Shown piece after piece: positions 56,403-64,000 of a stretch of DNA of 64,000 bases. Position 1 is the first letter of the stretch. Each line of letters starts with the position of its first letter. The stretch spans positions 672,001-736,000 of the forward strand of contig CAWCDG010000004.1 in the NCBI GenBank assembly GCA_963794325.1. Reading direction: 5' to 3'. The notes under the pieces are model-generated. The model did not search any database and was not told the origin of the DNA. It saw nothing but the letters and a program-made list of their open reading frames with translations. The stretch is from an uncultured delta proteobacterium. Lineage in GTDB: Bacteria > Desulfobacterota > Binatia > Binatales > Binataceae. The position numbers were made by a program, and so were the translations under genes.

Positions 56403-57215
56403 TCACGAAATCCTGACCCTCCCCCACTCGATTCGGGTCTGCACATTGAACGTGAGCATTCCGTCTCGACTGTGGCGCGCAAGGATCCCGGTCATCGCGG
56501 CATCGAACTCAGCCGACGCCTTTTCGCCAAGATGATCTTCCGACCACGTTGCGCGCGAATGCTGGCAGCGTAGATAGTCTGCGATGCTTTGCGAGAATGG
56601 AACGGGCGCGGTGATTCGATGCCCCACTCGCTCGAACGCCGGATGAACAAGCACCGGCTCGGCGAATCGCTCACTCACCGTCTTCCACCAGCTCGGACGC
56701 CGACCCTCACGTGCGGCGATAAAGTCGATCATGAAGGCGGTCTCTTCGCGCTCCCATGGCGCATCGACGGGAGCGTCGCCGTCGAGCACCGCCAGCATCG
56801 CGCCGTCGGCTAAGGCATCGGCAAAGCGCGGCATTGTTCGATCGAGATCCATCCAGTGAATACTCGACGCTGCAACGATCAACCCGTACGGCGGTTCGAG
56901 CGGCGCACCTTCGATCGACGCGTGAATCCATCGAATCTTGGGGCTCGCGGCGCAGGGAAGAGAGCGCGCCACCCGCAACATTGCGTCCGATGGATCGACG
57001 GCGTCGGCGCGATCGATCTGATCGATAAGTCCAAACGTGATCTTTCCCGTACCGCATCCGGCATCGAGGAGCGTTCGCGGATGCCCGCGCATCAGCTCCA
57101 GCAGCGTCTCGTACACTTCCTTCGGATACGGTGGGCGGAAAAGATAGTTTGCCGCCATTCGCTCCGCGGAAAAGCGACGCCCTCGGGCGCGGGGGGCGGC
57201 GGCTGGGTCGTTCAA
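56403..57215 (-). CDS. Class I SAM-dependent methyltransferase
   Basis: RPPYP, LDAGCGTG, SIHWMD. Confidence 0.88.
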   Translation of the reverse strand: MNDPAAAPRARGRRFSAERMAANYLFRPPYPKEVYETLLELMRGHPRTLLDAGCGTGKITFGLIDQIDRADAVDPSDAMLRVARSLPCAASPKIRWIHASIEGAPLEPPYGLIVAASSIHWMDLDRTMPRFADALADGAMLAVLDGDAPVDAPWEREETAFMIDFIAAREGRRPSWWKTVSERFAEPVLVHPAFERVGHRITAPVPFSQSIADYLRCQHSRATWSEDHLGEKASAEFDAAMTGILARHSRDGMLTFNVQTRIEWGRVRIS

Positions 57216-57457
57216 GATTTCATTCCCATTTTTACAATCTTAAATCGGGTCAGAGCGCATACCCTAAGCGTCTTCGTCGGCATCGACGCACAGGCAATGC
57301 CACTCCGCGTTGGAGTTGCAAACACTCCCAATTTTTTCTGTCCTTCGGAGCACATATTCTGCGCATTTGACGCCGCTGGTCATAGCGACGCGATTCGCAC
57401 ACTACTAGATTTCTATCGAGCTCGCCGCACCCTTTTCACCCGGGAGGTGACATTCCA

Positions 57458-57751
57458 ATGGATCGTGAAGTATGGAACAGCCACCAATGGTCCAGCGCTC
57501 ATGAGCGTCGGGTAGAAATCGTGTCCGGCAAGCAGCTCGTCCAGCATCATTGTTCGCGATGCAGACGCGACTTCGCTGAGGATCCTGCGACCAGCGAACG
57601 ATACGCGGCTTATGTTTCTGTAATCAGCTTCCGGAAACTGCCGGACGTAATCACCAGGCAATGGCTCGCCGAGCTATGTCCCGGCGCGCCGCGGCCTTAT
57701 GACATCGAAGTCCGCAGCATGCTGATCGAAAATCGCGCCAACGCCAAGTAG
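57458..57751 (+). CDS. Hypothetical protein (CxxC)
   Basis: GGAGGT RBS; HHCSRCRRDF. Confidence 0.55.
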   Translation: MDREVWNSHQWSSAHERRVEIVSGKQLVQHHCSRCRRDFAEDPATSERYAAYVSVISFRKLPDVITRQWLAELCPGAPRPYDIEVRSMLIENRANAK

Positions 57752-57888
57752 ATCGCGCACAAGGCGCACCCCTTCTACTTCATCGCGACATCAAATCGCG
57801 GCAGTCCAACCAACTGGCAAACGGGCACACGCGGCGCTCGCCGATTTTGCCTTTGCGATTACGTCGGATAGACGAAGCGGTGGCGGTA

Positions 57889-59226
57889 TTACTCGCTGTC
57901 GTCGAGAGCGCGCAGAGCGAGGCCGCGGGCGACGGAGGTGAACTCGTCACCCATGCGAATCCGGTCGGCGCCGAAGCGCTCGACAAAAATCCGGCGCACC
58001 GCGGGGACGAAGGACGATCCTCCGGTAAGGAACACGCTGTCGATCGCGTCGGGCTTGAGCGCGACCGTCTTCAGCAGCCGGTCGACGCATCCGGCGATCT
58101 CCTCGAGATAGCGTGCGATCCAATTTTCGAAATCGGGCCGCGCAACGATCTTCTCGATCAGGACCGGCGGATCGGAAAACCTGAAATCCGCCGATTCCAG
58201 CGCCGACAATTCGAGCTTGGTTTTCTCGACGGATCGAAACAGGAAGTAGCCGAGATCGTTTTCCACGATATGAATCAACGCCGCGATCTTTTCGGGATCG
58301 AGCGATTCACGGCGCAACTCCTCGAACCGGAGCATCGTCGCGCGAGCCTTGAGGAACGACAGATGATGCCATCGCTCGAGTTTGGTGTACGGCCAGGTGG
58401 GCGCCGGCAGCACCATCCCGTACGGCGAGCGATACCTGGTGCCGCGGCCGAGAGCGGGCGCGACCAGATGACGCATCACGCGCCCATCGAAGGCATCGCC
58501 GGCAATGCCTACGCCGTCGTTGCCGAGAATTTCGTAACGGGCCGCGCCATGCTTCGCCGCGGTTCGCGGCTTGAGCTGCAAGATGGAGAAATCGCTGGTG
58601 CCGCCGCCGAAGTCGGCGATCAGCACCGTCTCGTCACGCGTGATTCGGAGCGCATAGTCGTATGCCGCCGCAACCGGCTCGTACTCGAAGACCACGTCGG
58701 TCCATCCGGCGCGGCGAATCGCAATATCCAAGCGGCTGCGCGCTAGCGCCTCGTCCGGATTTCCAGCGGCGGCAAAATGAACCGGACGACCGACCACGAT
58801 TCGCGGCGGCAACTCGCCGAACTGTTCAATCGCGGCGTCGCGCAACGCGCTGATGATCGGAGCAATCAGGTCGCCCAGCGTGTAGGTCTCGCCCATGATG
58901 TCGGTCGATTCGAAAGTCTTGTCGGCCAGGAACGACTTCAGCGATTGCACGAGCCGCCCGTTGCCAGCCGCCGCGAGATAGCGGCGAATCGCGTCGTTGC
59001 CGACCGACACCGCAGAATCGGTGCCGCCGGTTTCCTCCGGCGCCTCGAAAAACAAAATCGATCGGAACGTCTCGGTCCGATCACCGCCCTCGGCGGCGGA
59101 GAAGCCAGCCAGGCGCGGCGATCCGTCGGCGCCGACGATCGCAATTGCGCTGTTGGTAGTGCCGAAATCGAGTCCGACCGCCTCAACCTTGCCCGCGGCG
59201 CGAGCGCTGGAACCTTCCTGCATCAT
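57889..59226 (-). CDS. Hsp70-family protein (YegD-like)
   Basis: GLDFGTTNS, VVGRPVHF, EPVAAA, DFGGGTSD, LTGGSS; no substrate-binding domain. Confidence 0.88.
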   Translation of the reverse strand: MMQEGSSARAAGKVEAVGLDFGTTNSAIAIVGADGSPRLAGFSAAEGGDRTETFRSILFFEAPEETGGTDSAVSVGNDAIRRYLAAAGNGRLVQSLKSFLADKTFESTDIMGETYTLGDLIAPIISALRDAAIEQFGELPPRIVVGRPVHFAAAGNPDEALARSRLDIAIRRAGWTDVVFEYEPVAAAYDYALRITRDETVLIADFGGGTSDFSILQLKPRTAAKHGAARYEILGNDGVGIAGDAFDGRVMRHLVAPALGRGTRYRSPYGMVLPAPTWPYTKLERWHHLSFLKARATMLRFEELRRESLDPEKIAALIHIVENDLGYFLFRSVEKTKLELSALESADFRFSDPPVLIEKIVARPDFENWIARYLEEIAGCVDRLLKTVALKPDAIDSVFLTGGSSFVPAVRRIFVERFGADRIRMGDEFTSVARGLALRALDDSE

Positions 59227-59404
59227 GGGTCTCACGATCAGGGCGCGCCGAACGCTTGTCAACGTTGAGCATCGCGCATATACTCGCCAAACCCTCAGGA
59301 TGTGGATCGCCGTACGAGCTGCATCCGCCAAAAGCCCGGTCCTTCAGCGGACGAGATGTTCTCGTCCGTATTTTTTTCGAGCCGCGTCGCGCGGGAGGAA
59401 GAGA

Positions 59405-60202
59405 ATGCCGCCGCAAATTCGCGAGTCTGAGGTCGCCGCCCGATGGGATCGGAATGCCGATGTGTGGAGCGAGCAGGTTCGCGGCCGCTGGGACATTTTT
59501 CGCGAGCATTATAACAATCCCGCTTTCCTGGAATTCGCCGGTGACTTGAGCGGCAAGACCGTGCTGGATGCCGGATGCGGTGAGGGCCACAACACCAGGA
59601 TGTTCGCGCGGCGCGGCGCCCGTATGACGGGAGCCGATCTGTCGGCGAAGATGATCGAGTTCGCGCGCGCCGAGGAAATCCGCGAACCGCTGGGAATCCG
59701 CTACGAGCGCGCGTCCTTCACCGACCTGGCGACTTTCAGCGCTGAATCGTTCGATGCGGTTATCTCGACGATGGCGCTGATGGACGGTCCCGATTTTCCG
59801 GGCGCGATGCGGGAACTCGCGCGCGTGCTGCGCCCCGGCGGCACGCTCGCCTACAGCATCCTGCATCCATGTTTCTCGACCAGAGGTTTCGGCTGGATTA
59901 CCGATGCGTCAGGACGCGCGATCAAATTCACCGTCGCGGAATATTTTAATGACGAGCCATGGATCGATCGTTGGAAGTTCGGCCACGCGCCCAACGCCGA
60001 ACAGATCGAGAAATTCGCAGTCCCTCGTTTCGATCGCAAACTGTCCGACTACATCAACCCCGTAATCGCGGCCGGTTTGCGCCTCGAAGAGATTCGCGAG
60101 CCGCGCGCGCCCGAGTCCGCGTGTGAATTGTATCCGGTGGCGTTTCGCAAATTCCGCGATCACATCCCACTATTCTTTTACGTGCGCGCGTCGAAGCCGT
60201 GA
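59405..60202 (+). CDS. Class I SAM-dependent methyltransferase
   Basis: VLDAGCGEG, RVLRPGG, HPCF. Confidence 0.88.
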   Translation: MPPQIRESEVAARWDRNADVWSEQVRGRWDIFREHYNNPAFLEFAGDLSGKTVLDAGCGEGHNTRMFARRGARMTGADLSAKMIEFARAEEIREPLGIRYERASFTDLATFSAESFDAVISTMALMDGPDFPGAMRELARVLRPGGTLAYSILHPCFSTRGFGWITDASGRAIKFTVAEYFNDEPWIDRWKFGHAPNAEQIEKFAVPRFDRKLSDYINPVIAAGLRLEEIREPRAPESACELYPVAFRKFRDHIPLFFYVRASKP

Positions 60203-60630
60203 GACATCGCATGATTCGTACTTTGACTGGAATTCTCGCTTGCATGATGCTCGCCGGATGCGGCGTGCAGGGCGAAGCCTATCAGCCGCGACCTACTCCC
60301 GCGGCGCAGGCCGTCATCTACATATACCGGCCGTACGAGCTGCTCGGTTCGCAGGCGGATCCGATGATCACGTGCGGGCATGAGAGTATCGAACTGGAGA
60401 AGGCCGGCTTTGACGAGTTCATCGCGGACAGCGGTCCCGTGGCCTGCTCGGCGGTCGGCGATCCAGGCGCCGACCTGAAGTTTGACGCGCACGCAGGCGA
60501 GCAATACTTCATCAGGGAGGATGTCGTTTCGAGCGGGCTCGCCGGCAGCCGAGTGCATTTCAAATTGATGAATCCCGACGTGGCCCACGACCAAATCAAG
60601 GAATGCAACCGACAGGGAATCAAGCAGTGA
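60199..60630 (+). CDS. Lipoprotein (DUF2846-like)
   Basis: Lipobox LAGC; AVIYIYRP; GEQYFI. Confidence 0.6.
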   Translation: MRHRMIRTLTGILACMMLAGCGVQGEAYQPRPTPAAQAVIYIYRPYELLGSQADPMITCGHESIELEKAGFDEFIADSGPVACSAVGDPGADLKFDAHAGEQYFIREDVVSSGLAGSRVHFKLMNPDVAHDQIKECNRQGIKQ

Positions 60631-61550
60631 ATCAAACGCCGCGAATCGTAACCCTGCTGCCGAGCGCGACGGAGATCGTTTGCGCGCTCGGTTTCGAAAA
60701 TCAACTGGTCGGCCGCTCGCATGAATGCGACTTCCCGCGCTCGGTCACGCGCATCCCCCCGTTGACGGAACCAAAATTCAATCCCGAAGGCACCAGCGCG
60801 GAAATCGACCAGCGAGTGAAGAAGATCGTCAACGACGCGCTCTCGGTCTATCGCGTCGATGCGGCCAAGCTGCGCGAACTTCGGCCCGACGTGATCGTCA
60901 CGCAATCGCAGTGCGAAGTGTGCGCGGTCAGCGAGCGCGACGTGGAAGCCGCGGTCGCCGAATGGCTCGGCACGCGGCCGAGGATCGTTTCGCTTGCGCC
61001 ATACGGTCTCGACGACATCTTCACCGACATGCAGCGGGTCGCGGATGCGCTCGACGCACATGCACGCGGGACGGAACTGGTCGAGCGGCTGCGCGGGCGA
61101 CTCACGACGATTGCGGACAAGGCTCGCGGTGCGTCGGAGCGGCCGAGCGTCGCGACGATCGAATGGATCGATCCCATGATGGCGGCGGGAAACTGGATGC
61201 CGACGCTGGTCGAGATGGCCGGCGGAGTGAATCTCTTCGGCAAGGCCGGCGAGCATTCACCGTGGATGAAATTCGACGAGCTGGCCGCGAAAGATCCCGA
61301 TGTGATCCTGATTTCGCCGTGCGGCTTCAACATGGATCGCGCGGCGCAGGATCTGCCGGCGCTGACAGATCGCGCAGAGTGGAACGGGCTGAAGGCCGTG
61401 CGCGCGGGTCGAGTCTTCATGGCCGACGGCAACCAGTATTTCAACCGGCCGGGCCCGCGAATCGCGGACTCGCTGGAAATCCTCGCCGAGATCACGCATC
61501 CCGAGCTTTTCCATTTCGGTCACGAAGGCTCAGGCTGGCGCCGACTCTAG
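60627..61550 (+). CDS. Cobalamin-binding (BtuF-like) protein lacking a signal peptide
   Basis: RIVTLLPSATEI, GRSHECDFP, QCEVCAV, FNRPGPR. Confidence 0.8.
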   Translation: MNQTPRIVTLLPSATEIVCALGFENQLVGRSHECDFPRSVTRIPPLTEPKFNPEGTSAEIDQRVKKIVNDALSVYRVDAAKLRELRPDVIVTQSQCEVCAVSERDVEAAVAEWLGTRPRIVSLAPYGLDDIFTDMQRVADALDAHARGTELVERLRGRLTTIADKARGASERPSVATIEWIDPMMAAGNWMPTLVEMAGGVNLFGKAGEHSPWMKFDELAAKDPDVILISPCGFNMDRAAQDLPALTDRAEWNGLKAVRAGRVFMADGNQYFNRPGPRIADSLEILAEITHPELFHFGHEGSGWRRL

Positions 61551-61556
61551 CCGCGG

Positions 61557-62471
61557 TTACTTCTTCGCGAGATACGCCATCCCGACGCGCGCCGGCGTTA
61601 GATTTATCCCGAACTCATCGACCAGCGGCTTGATGTCGCAGGCGTTGTCAGCCGTGACAAACGTGACCGCGTCGCGCGACAGCAATGGCTTGGGCATTTT
61701 CTCGAGCAGTCCGCCAACCGTGCGCATGATACTTTCGGGAATGTGAAACAGCGGTCGGCGATGCCCGCTCGCGTCCATGATGATCTGCATCATCTCGTCA
61801 AACGTCATCAAGTCGGGCCCGCCGATTTCGTAAGTGCCGTTGCGCCCGCGCCCCGACACCGCGAGCGTCACACACGCGGCGAGATCATCGACCAGCACCG
61901 GCTGAACTTTCTGGCGCCCCGTGCCCGGCACGCCAAAGACCGGCAAGAAACGGAGCGCGCGTGCGAGACCGTTCACGACTTTGTCCTCCGGGCCGTACAC
62001 CAGCGACGGGCGGAAGATCGTGTACGTCAAACCTGACTCGCGGATCACGCGCTCGGCGCGACCCTTGGCGCGAAACGCGGGATGGGTACTATTCTCGCCG
62101 GCCGCGGCGCCGCTTACGTAGATGAATTGCTGGACGCCGGCCTGCTTGGCCGCATCGATGAGCGCCACGACGCCGCCGTAGTCAATTCGCTCGAAGGTCA
62201 GGCCGCGGCGCGGATTCTCGACCGGATAGCCGTCGAACTGGATCGCATCGACGATCGTATTCGCGCCCATGAGAGCGTCCTTGAGCGACGCAGCTTCTCC
62301 GATATCGGCACGAACAAACTCGACGCCGGGTAGGTCGAGCTTCGCGCGCGCCGCTTGGGGATTTCGGGTAAGAATGCGCACCCTGGTTTGCCCGGAAGCG
62401 AGCAAGCGCCGCGCGATCGCGCGCCCGATGAATCCCGATCCGCCGGCAAGAGCGACCGTTTTTGCGTCCAT
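61557..62471 (-). CDS. NAD(P)-binding atypical SDR (NDUFA9-like)
   Basis: GGSGFIG, FRPSLVYGPED, QPV.VDD, YEIGGP. Confidence 0.85.
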   Translation of the reverse strand: MDAKTVALAGGSGFIGRAIARRLLASGQTRVRILTRNPQAARAKLDLPGVEFVRADIGEAASLKDALMGANTIVDAIQFDGYPVENPRRGLTFERIDYGGVVALIDAAKQAGVQQFIYVSGAAAGENSTHPAFRAKGRAERVIRESGLTYTIFRPSLVYGPEDKVVNGLARALRFLPVFGVPGTGRQKVQPVLVDDLAACVTLAVSGRGRNGTYEIGGPDLMTFDEMMQIIMDASGHRRPLFHIPESIMRTVGGLLEKMPKPLLSRDAVTFVTADNACDIKPLVDEFGINLTPARVGMAYLAKK

Positions 62472-62503
62472 TGATTGATTCTGTGCTTGAATCCGCGGCG
62501 ACG

Positions 62504-63887
62504 CTATTGGCCTCGCCAATCAGGGGAGAAACGCTTGCGCGCGATGAACTCGCCGCGTCCGGCGGGCGCGTCAACCTCGCGGTCGGTGACGATCGGCAAG
62601 CCGCGCGAGATTGTCATCGTTGGCCAGCCGGTGATTTCGAATCCCTCGAACGGGTCGTAGTCCGCGCGCGAGTGCATCTCGCGGCTGTCGATTACAACTT
62701 TGCGGTTGGGATCAAAGACCACGAGGTCGGCGTCGGCGCCCTCGACGATCGCGCCCTTGCGCGGATACATCCCGAAAATCCTGGCGGCATTGGTCGCCGT
62801 CAGATCGACCCATCGCGAAATCGAGAGGCGGCCCTTGGCGACGCCCTCGGAATAGAGCATGGGCACCAGAGTCTCGAGATTCGACATCCCGGGCGGCATC
62901 CGCGTGAAGCGATCGGCGGCGATTTTGCGCTCGAGAGTCCAACTGCAATGGTCGGTCGCGACGACATCGACGGTGCCGTCCTCCAGCGCCGCCCAAAGCG
63001 CGTCGCGATGTTCGGCGCTGCGCAGCGGCGGGTAGCCGACGTACTTCGCGCCGTTCGGTTCGAGAAACCGCTCTTCGGTCAGATACAGGTAGATGGGCCG
63101 CGTCTCGGCGAGCACGATGCGGCCGCGGGCGCGCGCGCGGCGTATTTCGTCGATAGCCTCGCGGCTCGACAGATGCACGAAATATGCGGGTGCGGCGGAC
63201 AACTCGGTCATCGCGAGAGCGCGCCGAACGGCGGCAGCTTCCGACAGCGGCGGACGGCTCGCCGCGAAATGCGTCACGTCACGTTTGCCGGCCGCGAGCA
63301 GGCGCTCGGTACAGAATCCGATCAGGTGCTCGTCCTCAGCGTGAATCGTCGAGCAGCGCCCCGCTGTCGCCAGCCACCTTGAACGCGCGCAAATAGTCTC
63401 GCGCACGAGACTCGAAACCTTGCATCATGAAAATCTTGATACTGGTGACACCGCGATCGACGACACGCGGAATTTCGGCGATCGCCTCGAGCGATGGATC
63501 GAGCAGCGCAACGTGAAAGCTGTAGTCGATAATCGCGCGTTGCCGCGCCTTCGCGTGCCATTTTTCGATCGCATCGGCGAGCGAGCCGCCTTGCGCCTGG
63601 AATGCGTAGTCGACAATCGTCGTGACGCCGCCGGCCGCGGCCGCGGCAGTGCCCGATTCGAAGTCGTCGATGGTACGCATCGAAAACATCTCGGCGTCGA
63701 GATGGGTATGCGGATCGACGGCGCCCGGAATGAGCAGCATGCCGTGGGCGTCGACGGTGCGGCGCGCAGACTCAAGCTCACCGGGCGGCGCGATGCGTGC
63801 GATCTTTTCCGCGACTACGCCAACATCGGCACGCGCAACGCCCGAAGGCGTTACTACAGTCGCGCCAACGATCGCGAGATCGAGCAT
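62504..63887 (-). CDS. Dihydropyrimidinase/hydantoinase family amidohydrolase, frameshift near 63350
   Basis: PGAVDPHTH, SIKIF, IHAED, VHLS, ATDHC, GADADLV over two frames. Confidence 0.88.
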
Positions 63888-64000
63888 CGCGGCGCTCTAG
63901 CTAGACGTGCTTTCGACGCGAGCGGCGAGTGACGGGGCGCAATGACCGGCGGCGGCGGACGCGCTTCAACGGATGCAGTTTTGCGGTCGGTTTCGCGGCG

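Overview
GC-rich bacterial chromosomal segment. The gene content (Crp paralogues, F420-type LLM enzyme, acyl-CoA catabolism, hldD) resembles soil Candidatus Binatia-like genomes, but this is an unverified inference. It holds about 60 CDS, mostly catabolic/redox enzymes, transporters and regulators; no rRNA, tRNA, CRISPR array or transposase was recognised. Highlights: (1) an HTH-WYL-WCX regulator divergent from recC-recB-recD, with a perfect GATGACAAC-C-GTTGTCATC palindrome in DriD/PafBC-type activator geometry, suggesting a self-contained ssDNA-sensing RecBCD circuit; (2) an AT-richer islet (about 29.95-33.2 kb) with a toxin-antitoxin-SecB chaperone (TAC) operon whose antitoxin ends in an ssrA-like YDLAA tail, a divergent Panacea plus RelE-like pair, and a secreted STYGNQTY-repeat protein; (3) three copies of a structured intergenic repeat of about 105-115 bp; (4) enzymes with remodelled active sites (aspartase-like lyase, Tat-exported vanadium haloperoxidase). 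Five single-base frameshifts (recB twice, SDR, SecB-like, dihydropyrimidinase) suggest indel-prone assembly. All calls come from motif recognition by eye; no searches were run.
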